NCBI RefSeq assembly: GCF_009914755.1
Contig: NC_060930.1
Strand: one strand, 5' to 3'
DNA: 64,000 nucleotides
Source: the human T2T-CHM13v2.0 reference genome, Homo sapiens
The translations under genes were made by a program, and so were the position numbers. Below are positions 1 to 14,520 of the stretch, in pieces. The notes under the pieces were generated by a model. That model did not search any database and was not told the origin of the DNA. It saw only the letters and a list, made by a program, of their open reading frames with translations. How positions within the stretch are numbered: the first letter of the stretch is position 1; each line of letters opens with the position of its first letter.

Positions 1-218
1 TATTGCTCTGTTCTTGCACTGCTATAAAGAAATACCTGAGACTGGGTAAGTTATAAATAAAAGAGGTTTAATTGGCTCACAGTTCCACAGGCTGTACAAG
101 AATCATGGCTGGGGAGGTCACAGGAACCTGACAATCACGGTGGAAGGCAAAGGGGAAGCAAGCATGTCTTCCGTGGCTAGAGCAGGAGGAAGAGAGAGAG
201 GAGGGAGGTGCTACACAC
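1..218 (-). mobile_element. MaLR LTR (MSTA-like), truncated
   Basis: TTGCACTGCTATAAAGAAATACCTGAGACTGGGTAA...TTAATTGGCTCACAGTTCCACAGG...GGTGCTACACACTTT matches the MST/THE1 LTR; the match stops at the Alu poly(T). Confidence 0.85.
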
Positions 219-524
219 TTTTTTTTTTTTTTTTTTTTTTTTTTGAGACAGAATCTCGCTCTATCACCTAGGCTGGAGTGCAGTGGCGTGATCTCAGCTG
301 ACTGCAACCTCTGTCTCCCGGGCTCAAGCAATTCTCTGCCTTAGCCTCCCAAGTAGCTGGGATTACAAGCACCTTGACCACTATACCTGGCTAATTTTTG
401 TATTTTTAGTAGAGATGGGTTTTCACCATCTTGGCCAGGCTGGTCTTTAACTCCTGACTTCGTGATCCACCTGCCTCAGCCTCCCAAAGTACTGGGATAC
501 AGGCATGAACCACCCTGCCCTGCC
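219..524 (-). mobile_element. AluS
   Basis: Poly(T) followed by a full antisense Alu dimer. Confidence 0.95.
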
Positions 525-824
525 TTTTTGTTTGTTTGTTTCTTTGAGACCGAGTTTCCCTCTGTCGCCCAGGCTGGAGAGCAGTGGTGTAATCTCCACT
601 GACTACAACCTCCGCCTCCCAGGCTTAAAGGGTTCTCCTGCCTCAGCCTCATGAGTAGCTGGGATTACAGGCATCCACCACCACGCCCAGCTAATTTTTG
701 TATTTTTAGTAGAGATGGGGTTTCACCACGTTGGCCAGGATGGTTTTGAACTTACCTCAAGTGATCCGCCCGCCTCAGCCTCCCAAAGTGCTGGGATTAC
801 AGGCATGAGCCACCACACCCAGCC
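525..824 (-). mobile_element. AluSx/Sz, in tandem with the previous Alu
   Basis: Full antisense dimer with (TTTG)n tail. Confidence 0.95.
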
Positions 825-2070
825 TGATTCCATATTTGACAATTGTGAATAGTACTACAATAAACATGGTAGGCAGATATCTCTTTGATATATTGATTCT
901 TTTCTTTTGGACAACTATCTCAGTAGTGGAGTTGCTGGATCATATGGTAGTTCTAATTTTAGTTTTTTGAGGAATCTCCATACTGTTCTCCATAGTGGCT
1001 GTGCTAATTTACATTCCCATTAGCAGTGTATGAGAGTTCCCCTTTCTCCACATTCTTGCCAGCATCTGCTGTTGCTTGTCTTTTTCATACAAGTCCTTTT
1101 AACTGGGATGAGAGGATATTGCAAATTGGTTTTGATTTGCATTTCTCCATGATTAGTGATGTTGAACTTTTTTTTCATAGAGCTGTAGGCCATCTGTATG
1201 TCACTGTTGAGAAATATTCACATCTTTTGCCCATTTTTTAATTAGATTTTTTGTTGTTGTGGTTGCTATTAAGTTGTTTGAGCTCCTTATCTATTCTGGT
1301 TATTAATCACTTGTCAAATGGATGGTTTTCCAATATTTTCTTCCTTTCTATGTGTTGTCCCTTCAATGTCTTGATTGTTCATTTGCAGAAGAAACTTTTT
1401 AGCTTGATATAAACCCAGTTCTATATTTTTGCTTTGGTTGCCTGTGCTTTCGAAGTCGTATACAAAAAAAAAATTGCCAAGACCAATGTCCTGGAGCATT
1501 TCCCCAATGTTTTCTTCTAGCAGTTTCATGATGTCAGGTCTTAGATTCAAGTCTTTAATTCATTTTGATCTGATTTTTTTGTGTATGGTGAGAGATTCAG
1601 GGTCTACTTTCATTCTTGTGTACATAGCTCTCTAGTTTTTCTAGCACTGTTTCTTGAAAAGGCTGTCTTCACCCCATTGTATGTTTTTGCATCTTTGTCA
1701 AAGATGAGTTGGTTGTAAATTCATGGATTTATATCAGAGGTCTCTATTCTGTTCCATCGGTCTATGTGTCTGTTTTTATGCCAGTACCATACTGTTTTGG
1801 TTACTATGTCTTTGTAGTAAATTTTGAAGTCAGGTAAGTGTGATACCTCCAGCTTTGCTCTTTTTGCTTAGGATTACTTTAGCTATTTGAGTTTTTTTGT
1901 GGTTCCATATACATTTGAGAATTTTTTTTCTATTTCTGTGGAGAATGTCATTGGTATTCTGATAAGGATTGCATTGAATCTGTAAAGTGCTTTGGATAGT
2001 ATTGTCATTTTAACAATATGAATTCCTCCAGCCCATGAGCACAGAGTATCTTTTAATTTTTTTATGTGAG
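825..2070 (-). mobile_element. L1 (L1MA-like) ORF2 3' region, decayed
   Basis: ORF 1314-1550 gives NLRPDIMKLLEENIGEMLQDIGLG, similar to L1 ORF2p; typical antisense L1 sequence with stops and frameshifts. Confidence 0.9.
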
Positions 2071-2239
2071 TGCATGTTGTTAAAGGCAGGCATCAGGGGG
2101 ATTACAGGATAGGCCAAAGCCCAAATTGAGAAATTGCAGAAATAGGTTGCAGGCAGGCCTAAAGCCTGAGTTTGTCTGGGAAACTGACCCAAAATTTAAA
2201 GGTCTTACAATAACATTCAGGAATGTGCTGTGGTTGTTA

Positions 2240-2900
<661 letters not shown>

Positions 2901-5399
2901 TGCTCTCTTCTGCTGCTGCTTTCCAGCCCATCCCATCAAGTGAGCTGGAAATGGGGGAGACTGATGGGGAGTGGGGATGGGTAAAGGAAAGGTGAGGGGT
3001 GGAGGGAGGGAGGGGTTGTACAAACTAACCCAGCCTCTTGATTTTCTTACCTGAGGGGAGATGTCTGATTGCAGAGGCCCTCACAGTCCCTGAGTTCTAA
3101 TTCACTGCGTTTGGCCTGGGGGTAGTACCTGAGGCCATAGATGACACTTGAAGTCAGGTGGCAGCCAAGCTGACGTTCTGGGCACTGAACCCATTTGCAG
3201 CACAACCAGGAAGCCCACAGATTGGGGTTTTGGGAGCCTGATGCAGCCATTAAGGAGAGGGGGCTGGCATGAAGAATGCAGTCAGAAGCACAGCTGGAAA
3301 AGTAGGGCTCAAAGCAGAGTTTGAGGCCAGGAGGGAGCTGGACTGTGGGAGGGGGTTCAGGTACATGAGAGGAGGGAGTCTGATAAGTCACAGAGGTCAC
3401 ACGGTGACAACCACCTGGGGCTCTGGTCATGCAATCCTCTTTCCCAATTTATGGAGTTCCTGTAAGGGAATTGCTACTGAACCAAAAGAATGATGAGAGC
3501 AATACAGATAAACATCAGCTCCTGGGGCCTGGAGGAACAGAGCTTGTAATGGAATCATGAGATTAGCCTTGAGCACTCTCTGAAGTTGATCAAATCGCCA
3601 CCACATAATAGCCTATAGCCCTTGGGCATCTGGAGTCTTTGGCGCTCTGCTTGGCTTTGTACAGAGTTGAAACAGGATGACATGACATCATCCTGGCCTA
3701 CAGCAGAGGTCCCAGCCCTTACACCTGGGTGGGGGTGCTGCTCGGAGGTATTGAAGAGATTCTGGGAATCCCTGTGTGTACCCGTGTGTTCTTGATCAGC
3801 GGCATAACTATTACCCTGAGGACATTCCACTAATATTTGAAAAACGGGAACTCTAAGCTTAAAGAGAAGCAGAACTGGAAGGCAACCACTGAGATCATCA
3901 AGTAGTTTGAAAGACATCATCTTTATTGGATAGCATGAAATCTAAGAATTCTTTCAAAAACACTGGTGTACATGTGTACGTGTGTGCTGTGTGTCCCTGT
4001 GTGAAAGGAGATGGGGGGAGAGAGAGAATGTGATTGTGAGAGAGGAAACATGAAACAGGGCTTGGCCATGGGGCACCATGGAAGGCCAGAAGAAAGCAGG
4101 AGGAGGAGGATGTTAGTAAGATAGTAGGGAAAGAGGAAATGGGGAGGCAATATATGTGGCCTGAGACAAGAGATAGAACAGTGAGAATTCAGTGCAAGGT
4201 CTCAGAGAAACAGTTGGTTTGCCCCCAAATTCCTCATGTTTTTCAACAGGCTTCTGGTTCCAAGAGGGCATGGCTCCTTAATGCCATCAGGAACCCATAC
4301 TGGGTCCTGATGTCCAGGAAAGAGAAGGGAATGGAGAAGCCTTTTGAATTGGAACATCTTACTCCAGAAGGATGTTTGCAAGCTCCAAGGTTGGCGTGCT
4401 TTAATTATTCTCTGCTGGAGAAACATAGGCTTAGCTCAGTGGAAGGCAGTCTCAGGAAGGGAGGGGAGGAACAGGGCACTCTTGCAGCGCTCAGCCCCCG
4501 CCCTCTGGCCTGCCACCCCACAGAGGTTGCCAGGCCCACTCCCCAGTTGATCCGGGGTTTTGGATGGGTCCGAAGGCTCACTGCAGAGTTCAGGCAGCTG
4601 CGTTCCTCTACACCGCCCTGAAATTGTACCTAAATGTTTTACTTGTTCTTCTGTGACAGGACTAAATGTAAAAAATGGAGGGTAAATACATTTTAATTTA
4701 GTTTGAAAATTTTTTTTAAAGATTTTGTTTTAAATCCATTAAGTGAAAAAATATATACTTAAATCCCCTATTTACATGAATGCAGGCAAATGAAAGAAGA
4801 GAAATAATGTTTCAATTTTACATTAAAACGGAATATCCCCATTCAGAGGAAAATTTTGCAACAAATGAAGCCATTTAGCATGGAACTAATCATCTCTTTT
4901 AAATCATAGAGAAATGTACCAAGTTCTTACAAAGAGATATAGCTTTAAAATAGCCTGCTTCAGAATGCAATCATCTTAGGTATTGTCTTGCAGATTGATT
5001 AACAGAGGAGAACATGGTGGCAAATCTGTTCTCCCTCTGGACATGATCTCCACCACTCTCTGCTCTATTCTTCTTCTTTCTCTTAAAATTATAGACTTTG
5101 AAATATCAGATTTTGAATAGTTTTCAAATTCATTAGCATAGAGTTCTTATAACTTTATAAAAACTTGTCATTGCTTAAAAAAAGTCACATTCGTGATAAA
5201 AAATTGCTAAACATAAAAAATAAAAAACAACCCCCCCCCACCAACATAATAAAAAGTAAAATCTTGCATCTAGAATTAATTAGTACGAAAAATCAGGGTG
5301 CATAAACTTCCGATCTTTCTTCTATATTTAACAAAACAAAACAAAACTAAGATTGGAACATGCTTTGAGTTTGTTCTTGTATTAGTTTTTCCTTAAGTT

Positions 5400-5625
5400 A
5401 ATTGTGAACATTTCCACATTGTTAAGTACTTTTTCAGAAACATAATTTTTAATGAGGATACCATAAATTGCTTAGTCCTTCCCCCATTCTTGAACAGTGT
5501 GGTTGTTCAGTATTTTGCTATTATGAAAGTACTATGATGAATATTCTGTTCAAAGACTTTGAGTGAATCTTGATTATTTTCTTAGGCTAAGTTTCTAGAA
5601 GCAGAATTACTGAGTCAAATACTAT
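5400..5625 (-). mobile_element. Old L1 (L1ME-like) fragment
   Basis: TTTTGCTATTATGAA...TTCTTAGGCTAAGTTTCTAGAAGCAGAATTACTGAGTCAAA; appears to continue at ~7595. Confidence 0.65.
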
Positions 5626-5759
5626 GAAGAGATTTCGGTCTTCTGATGTGGTGAATGTCACTCACATCTTTGCAGCATGTGGACACAATAAAGTCTCGGC
5701 CGAACATGTGGCTTTTGTTGCAGGCAGGCGGTGGGAGGGGTGGGGAGGCAGTGTGCAAT

Positions 5760-6470
5760 GGGTAACGGGGCTGGTGGTGTGGGGGTAAAAGAATTTACCA
5801 AGACAGGTATAGGTAAAGAAAGTTACAGTTATTAGAGAAAGTAGGAAAATATGTTTGAAAGGGGGCAGTGGACAGCCTGCATGAGAGAAGCAGACTGCAA
5901 AGAAACAAAGGCTTGCTGGAGATTTTTTTTTTTTTTTTTTTTTTTTTGAGATGGAGTCTTGCTGTCGCCCAGGCTGGAGTGCAGTGGCATGATCTCACTG
6001 CAAACTCCGCCTCCCAGGTTCACGCCATTCTCCTGCCTCAGCCTCCTGAGTAGCTGGGACTACAGGCACCTGCCACCACACCCGGCTAATTTTTTATATT
6101 TTTAGTAGAGATGGGGTTTCACCGTATTAGCCAGGATGGTCTCCATCTCCTGACCTCATGATCCGCCCACCTCGGCCGCCCAAAGTGTTGGGATTACAGG
6201 CGTGAGCCACCGCGCCCAGCCGCTTGCTGGAGATTTTATGGGATGGTGTTTATGCTGTATGCTGAAGAGGGCTTTGCGCAGTACTGATAATGCCAGGGTT
6301 GCAGGGAGCTAACTTGAAGGTGTCTGGTGATAGCTTGGTGTGAGAACATTGTAAGTTATTTGTGCAGTAGGGCTCTGTGTCCTGGACCATGAAGAAAGGC
6401 AGGCTTGTAGCTTATCTGCTTCCTCTTGGTCCCACCAGCTCTACTCCTTTTGCCTAATTAGGATGCTACA
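5760..6470 (-). mobile_element. ERV1 (MER4-group) solo LTR interrupted by AluY
   Basis: GGGGGTAAAAGAATTTACCAAGACAG...TTTATTAGAGAAAGTA (antisense polyA signal); sequence resumes after the Alu TSD. Confidence 0.6.
5923..6221 (-). mobile_element. AluY with TSD GCTTGCTGGAGATTTT
   Basis: AluY diagnostics (TTCACGCCATTCTC, TTAGCCAGGATGGTCTC); TSD at 5911 and 6222. Confidence 0.95.
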
Positions 6471-6486
6471 GCTTTTACCAGCTTGA

Positions 6487-6912
<426 letters not shown>

Positions 6913-7594
6913 AGTGAAACAGGGCTTGGCCGCTGGGCAACCTGGAAGGCTACTTAAATCCCCTTTCTAGTTCCCTTTTCCTCTCTAGCATGCCAGGGAG
7001 CTCCCAGAGGTGCCCCACATTGGTTGGTGGTCCCTCAGGACACCCAGGTACCCTTCCTGCTGAAGTGCACCTGAGCTGCCGCTGAGCTGCTCCACGCTGC
7101 CCTGGCCGCTGGTGCCAGCTCTCTCCTCTCCATTCTGCACTTCAGAGGTTCCCATGACTCAGATTCTTGGTCTGTGAGGTGTGATGGCCTTTATACTAAT
7201 GCATCTCTGGTTTCAAGTGCACCTTTTTTTCCCTCCCTAGAACATCCCAGCTGGCTGGAGCTAGGCAGATCCAAGTGCTCGTGTACTTGCCAGTGGGCTT
7301 GGCACCACTGTGTCTTCATCTGGAGACCCCGTAGCCTGATGAGTCTACCTGCCTCTTCTTCCCCAAGGAAGATTTCCTTCAAGGATACCATATTTCCTCC
7401 TGGAACTTAATTTGAGATGACCCCATCTAAATTTACTAGACAATCTGAACTTCACACAGATACGTAGTTCTGGATAGTTCCAAGACAGCTTCTAGTTCCC
7501 CAGCAAATAGTGAATTTAAATAGCTATCAGAGGAGAAGGGTGCTGCCTGGAATGTTCAAATCTCTGACCCAGCCAGCAGAAATCTTCTCTATAA

Positions 7595-7850
7595 TACACA
7601 TGACTAAATTGTCCTTCAGAAAGGTTGTGTCTATTCACCTTTCCAATAGAAAGTGTACATTTCTCTAAGCCACCAATGATATTAGATAGCATCATTTTTA
7701 AAAAAGGATTTTGTCCATTTAGAGGCCAATAAGAGGGTCTGGTTATTTTTATTGGCACTTGCTTAGTTATGAGTAAATTTGAATGCTTTCGCAAATGTTT
7801 ACTGTTTTTCTTCGTTTGAGAATTATCTGTTCTTTTGCTTAATTTAAAAA
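7595..7850 (-). mobile_element. Old L1 (L1ME-like) fragment
   Basis: CTAAATTGTCCTTCAGAAAGGTTGTGTCTATTCAC...TTTTTATTGGCACTTGCTTAGTTATGAGT. Confidence 0.6.
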
Positions 7851-7919
7851 AATCTTGAAATAGGCATCTTTTTCTCATTAACTTTTATGTTTTAAGGATG
7901 TTAATTAACCATCTGTTCA

Positions 7920-8434
7920 TCAGGTGGGATACTTTTAGTTGCAACTAAAATTCAAGGGAGTTGTAATGTCATAAATAAAAAGACCCAAGTAGGCAAGCTC
8001 TGGAATTGGTTAATTCAGGGGCCTTATGGCATCACCGGGGTGCCTGATGTCTTTCCACTCTGCCATCCCTGACATATCGTCTTGCTTTCAGCCTCATGCC
8101 TTCATGCTCTGGCGATGGTGGCTCATAACTCCAGAAATCATCTGCTCCTCACAGCAGCATTCAGAGGCAGAAAGAGGCCATTCTCTTCCATGAGTTTCTT
8201 CAAGTTTGAGGGAAACTTATCCCAGAATCCCTCAAGCCGACTTCCCTTCACAGCTCATTGGTCAGAACTGTATCTCATGCCCATGGCAACACCAGTCACA
8301 GGCAAAGGCTACCCATGACTGGGGTGACTGGCTTAGATCAGTCACCCTGAGTCTCACGGAAAAGTGTAGATACCCCTCTCTTAGCAAGGAAAAGCAGGGA
8401 ATGACCTTTGACTGCCTACCAATAGTATCTGCTA
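7920..8434 (-). mobile_element. MaLR LTR (MLT1K/L-like)
   Basis: GACTTCCCTTCACAGCTCATTGGTCAGAACTG...AATAGTATCTGCTACA. Confidence 0.7.
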
Positions 8435-8468
8435 CACTATGACTTTCACATATGAAATTCTAGTTTTA

Positions 8469-8653
<185 letters not shown>

Positions 8654-8969
8654 GTAGTAGCACATCTCAGATCTTTCCCTGAGCAGTGCCTTGTGTGTCA
8701 GGGAAGTCTCTTGATTGCTAATACACAATACTTAGCAGAGATGTTTGTGCCTCACTGGAGGTCAGAAGGTCTATTCCCCAGCTGCATTAGAGTACTCCCT
8801 CTGTATAGCAGAGGAGTTAAAATCAATGAGTCTGAAAACATTTTCTTCTAAAAACTGCTTAGAATTCCTCAAAGACTCTGCATTTTTCTGAGGGGAGCAT
8901 TATACATACATCCAGTGCTCATCAAGACCAATTCAGATATCCATAATACTCCTCTCCTCACTTGCTGGG

Positions 8970-9630
8970 TGTGTCAGTTTCCCATTGCTACTAAAACAAA
9001 TTATGTAACCTTCGTGGCATCAAACAGCACAAATTTATCATCTTACAATTTGGAAGGGTAGCAATGCATTTAATATGGCCCTCAGTGGGCTAACATCAAG
9101 TTATCCACTGGGCTGTGTTCCTTCTGGAGACTCAAGGAGAGAACCTGTTTCCTTTCCATTTCCAGCTGCTAGAGGCTGTCCACTCCCTCTGTCTTCAAAG
9201 CCAACCATGTTACTTATTATATCACATCACTCTGACCTTCTCTTCTGCTTCCCTCTTGCACTTATTTTTTAAGAGATGGGGTCTTGCTGTGTTGCCCAGG
9301 CTGGAATGCAGTGGCACAATCATGGCCCACTGCAGCCTCGAACTCCTGGGCTCAAGTAATCCTCCCACCTCAGCCTCCTGAGTAGCTGAGACTGCAGTTA
9401 CATGCCAGCATGCTTGGCTCCCTCTTGCACTTTTAAAGACCTTTGTGATTACCTCGGGCCCACCCTGATAATAAGGACAGCCTCCCCATCTCAAGGTCAT
9501 CTGATTAGCAATCTTAATTTCATCTGCATCTTTACTTCTCCTTTGCCATGTAACCTAACCTAACACAATCATAGATTCTGTGCATGAGAATGCAGAAATC
9601 TTTGTGCAGGTATTTTTCTGTCTACCATAA
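8970..9630 (-). mobile_element. MaLR LTR (MLT1C/D-like) interrupted by an Alu monomer
   Basis: TCAGTTTCCCATTGCT...CACAAATTTATCATCTTACA...CCCCATCTCAAGGTC...TTGCCATGTAA. Confidence 0.8.
9264..9419 (-). mobile_element. FRAM with TSD CCCTCTTGCACTT
   Basis: Monomer; TSD at 9251 and 9420. Confidence 0.85.
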
Positions 9631-10478
9631 CCCGTAGGAAAATAATTTCCTTTTCCTTCTCTATAATCTTTATTTAATGTTACCATGGTATTTAGGATAC
9701 TTCTGGCCTCAAAATAGTACTGCTTTGGTTTTCTAGAGGCCACTTCATTATTTTCCCTTTGGGCCCATAAGGGTTCTGCCTCTGGCTTTTTGCTGAGGAT
9801 ACGACATTTGGCATCAGATCAAAGAGTGCAAGTATCTCTTCTTCCAGGCTTTCTAAGCCTCTCTGCTCCTTAGCATGGATATTTCTATCTGGTTGCCCAT
9901 AACAGACTCATCATTCCACTATGCTTCTATTTAGGGTTGTACTATATGTATTCACTCCTCTTTAGTATGGTTCCCTTGTCAGAGTAAATCCATCTTGGAG
10001 CAGAGAGCTGCTTGCCCCACTTTGACTTCGTTTCTCACAAGTCCATGGAAGCCATGCGCTGGGATAAATTTAGCTCAGCTCTTGACCCTGACAGGTCATA
10101 GAAGCTGTCCTTTATACTCCGAATTGCCTTAGGTCATTTTAATGGTAAGAAGTATTTTCTTTTAACTTTTTTCCCCTTTTCTTCCTGATGTCATTTATTA
10201 TACAACATGCTTTCTTGTTCTTCCATGATCAGAACTAAGCACAATAGGAAAACAGAAGACTCACCTGAGAAACACCAGGGCAGCTGAGAGCTCATAAAGA
10301 AACTGAAAACGGAACAAAATTGTGCATAGCCTGCCTTCCACATACAGACTTTGCATTTGGTAGATTATTGGTGGTTCAGTAAATGAACTTTAACATGTAA
10401 GTTATTTCTCTAGGTTTGATTGGTTCCATAATAGCATTTAGGTCCCAGTAACTTAAAAATGCCCAAATAGAAAGTTCA

Positions 10479-10830
<352 letters not shown>

Positions 10831-11138
10831 ATTCTGGATCTTTAAGTGATCTGCATTTAGCCAAATGTGGATTCTTTTGAGATTCAAAGTGTTGCAGGAA
10901 ACCCTTAGAGCCCTTTGGCCATGTGTAAAACATTACTCAGTATCAAATGAGAAAGAATAAACATGTTTGAATCACGCTGATTTAATTTTCTTTACAAAGC
11001 TGTCTGGAATCCTTGCAGCATAATCTGTTTGGGGTATCTAGAACCCAGGGATGCCATTGAATAACAAATTCCTGACTTCTGAAGATGCTCTGCATGGATG
11101 CTATGCGATGTGTTTGGTGAAACACAGCTAAACAAATT

Positions 11139-11509
11139 TCTTAGTTTGGGCTGCGATAACAAAGTGCTATATACTGGGTGGATTATAAATGACAGAAAAT
11201 TATTTCTCACACTTCTGGAGGCTGAAAGTCTGAGATCGGGGTACCAACATGCTCAAGTTCTGGTGAGAACTCTCTTCTGTGTTGCCATCTGCTGCCTTCT
11301 CATATCCTCGTGTGGCAGAGATCAGAGACGGGAAGAAAGCTCTCACTTGACTCATATAAGAACACTAATCCCATTCATGAGGGCTCTACCCTTATGGCCT
11401 CATCTCATCCTAATTACCTCCCAAAGACCCACCTCCTTATACCATCCCATTGTGGGGTATGGTTTCAATATATGAATTTTGAGAGCACACAGACATTTAG
11501 TCTGTAACA
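11139..11509 (-). mobile_element. MaLR LTR (MLT1A-like)
   Basis: TTATTTCTCACACTTCTGGAGGCTGAAAGTC...CACTAATCCCATTCATGAGGGCTC...ACATTTAGTCTGTAACA. Confidence 0.85.
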
Positions 11510-12317
11510 GGATCTATGTAGTTTTTTTAAAAAACTGATCCAACAAAGGATTTTTTAAAAGCATTTCTGCTTCTTAAATCAACTCCTGGTTTTCACGAAA
11601 CCCCAGACCTCTAAGGCTTCTTTCCAGCTAAACACTAAAGACAGCACCTGAGTTTCCCTCCAAAACAGATAAAATCCTGAATAAGGGCTTGAAAGGAAAC
11701 AGCTAGAAGAAACGAGGTAACCTTCCTTCTGGTTTCTTCCCTTGGCGCGCACAGGCATGATGCTACAGCTCTACTGTCAACGCTGTCACCAGGCATCACT
11801 TCCTTATGGTTTACACTCCTCTCTTCCCATCGTGTCGTTTCTTAGAGCTCTGTAATCACACAGTCGTGTGCATCCATCCCCAGCTGTCAACAGGATCTTC
11901 TGAGTAAAACACAGCTAAATAAATCTCTGCAATGAGGAAGGACCGCAATCAAAGGTGAGTCTATACCAATCTCCGCCACAGTTCTGGTCAGCCTCACTCT
12001 CCCTAGACTGCTTGCTTATTCATTGCAATGCTAGTGAAACTTTGTTCTAATTGGGTGAGCTTCTCACCTTGCATTTCAAATGAAGCCCATATTCCTAGGA
12101 ACCCCTGTGTTCACGTAACTTCTGGAAACCAGCATTGAAAATATGGAGAAGGCTCTCCTGTTGATCAGAGGCTTATTAGAGGCCTGTCTGTCATCATGAT
12201 TCCTTCCCATTTTCAAGCATTTAAAATGTGAGCAGCAGTTCTAGCTGATATATCGTTTGGTGGACGTCTGTGAAGGCTCAGTACTTTGCTGTTGTTGGGG
12301 GATTATCCCATGTTCCC

Positions 12318-12828
12318 TGTGGTAGTCAGAATATTGGCTCCCTCAGGTGCCCATGTGCTAATCCCCAGAACCTGTGAATACATCACCTTATGTGGCAAAA
12401 GGGACTTTGCAAATGTGATGTAGGTTAAGGACCTGGAGATGAGGAGATTGTGCTGGATTAGCTGGGTGGGCTCAAAGTAATCATGAGATTCCTTATAAGG
12501 GAGAGAGGGAGGCAGGAGAGTTGGAGAAGGAGAAGGAATGATGGAGGCAGAGGTGGAGAATGCAAATGGGGTCTGGGGTCTTTGAACCAAGAAACACAGC
12601 ACCCCCTAGAAATTAAAAAAGACAAACAAAAAGCCCCCCAAAACCCAAAACCACCCAAATTATTTCCTAGAGCTTCCAAAAGGAAGGTGGCACCTCTGTC
12701 ATCTTGAAATAGCCCAGTGAGACCCATTTCAGAATTCTGACCTCCGGCACTGTAAGATCATAAATTTGTGTTGTTTTAGGTCATAAAGTTTATGAGAATT
12801 TATAACTTCCACAACAGGAAACTAATGC
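12318..12828 (+). mobile_element. MaLR LTR (MLT1D-like)
   Basis: TGTGGTAGTCAGAAT...TGGCAAAAGGGACTTTGCAAATGTGA...ATAAATTTGTGTTGTTTTA...GGAAACTAAT. Confidence 0.85.
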
Positions 12829-12849
12829 TTCCCCCTAATTAGAATCTGT

Positions 12850-13400
12850 TTAATTAGGCTGCTTTGGTGGCAAGAATTAACAATGAACCTCAAACAATGA
12901 GGTGTTTACCTGAAGGCGACATGTGCTTAGAAACCCACCTGCTAGGAAGAGCAGGACACGGGGAAGCTCTTTCAACCACTGCAGATCTGGCGGCTCTTGG
13001 CCCCGCCAAGCTCCTCTTGATGTGTCTGTTTCTCTCTTCCAGTTGGCTCATTTTTTCCGTCTTCTCTGTGTTCGATAATTTATTCCTGGTCTCTGTTTCT
13101 TTTCAGTTCCTGCTCCCTCATAATTTTTCCCTGAAAATGGTACCTCATGGTCTCTACTCTACCCCAGAACTTTCCTTCAGCCTCAGGTCACTGTTATCTA
13201 CTCTGTTCTTTCTGTCTTAGTTCTGTTCTTGAGGATGAACGTGACTGGCCGCGCTCAATCTACCATGCTAAGTCACAGCATGGGTTGCTGGCCAGACTCT
13301 CAGTGGGCTGTCCTTAGATCACATTCCTCTCTGAGTCCAGTCAGCAGAGGCCAGGACTGAGTGATGGGTTGAGAAATGTGGCTGCCCAAGAGCCATCTCA
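12850..13400 (-). mobile_element. Old ERVL LTR (LTR33-like)
   Basis: TGACTGGCC...GTCCAGTCAGCAGAGGCCAGG...ATGTGGCTGCC resembles LTR33; diverged. Confidence 0.45.
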
Positions 13401-13649
13401 TTACTGGGGTGTGGCGGATGGGAGGTTGATGGCTATTGAAGTCAATCTAGGGCATGAATAATGGACCTAGGGAGTTGCTTTTCTTTCTGAATTAAAACAT
13501 CTCCACATGGAATCTGTCCCTGATAAATAGTAAAGAGGCTCGGAAAGTCTCAAGTGTAGTCCCTTTCCTCCACCCCTGCTACTTTGCTGATACTCCAAGC
13601 AAGAATGGATATCCATTTTCTGTCCCCAGAGAGCTAGGGATTTGTTACT

Positions 13650-13967
<318 letters not shown>

Positions 13968-14089
13968 GAGCTGGGGATGTGTAAAGGAGATATGTAATGA
14001 GGTAATGTTAGCTGTAGAGTTTGGTCCATGGCATAAAAGGCCAAATCAGGAAGGACTGGCACCAAGGAACTGAACAAAACCAACAACCT

Positions 14090-14520
14090 CTCTTAAGTAC
14101 CTACTCTGTACCAGGCACTGTTTTAGGCGCTTGGGCTATACCTGTGAACAAAACAGCTCTCCCCTGGGAGCTGACATTCTGAGAGGAGGAGAAAGACATA
14201 CAATAATAGTCAGTCTCTCAGTGAGGCTGACCACTCATTAGACATCCAGTCATAGGCACCCAGAGGAAGTCTTGGCAAGCGTGTGAAGTATCAGAAGAGA
14301 AGAGCCAGGCAGCAGTTCCTGGGCAGGGGTCCAGGCCTGGGGCAGGGAAAGGGAGGCCAAGGAGACCTGGCACTAGGGGCTGCAGGGTGTCAGAAGGTAC
14401 GGGAGTGCCATCCTGGGGGCTTCATGTCACAGCCATTATGGGGAAGACCAAGACAGCTGGTGGGCTATGGCGAAAGGGACTTGACAGTGAGGATTAAAGT
14501 GCCAAAATGAAACCTCTGTC
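14090..14520 (-). mobile_element. L2 3' fragment
   Basis: TACCTACTCTGTACCAGGCACTGTTTTAGGCGCTTGGG...GTGAACAAAACAG...GGAGCTGACATTCT. Confidence 0.7.

Noticed and set aside
4495-4515. GC box / CTCF-like CCCCGCCCTCTGG
   Set aside because: Isolated partial match with no promoter context.
3047-4621. Cluster of 120-160 aa ORFs in GC-richer unique DNA
   Set aside because: No recognisable protein similarity, no consistent exon structure and no CpG island; compatible with chance.
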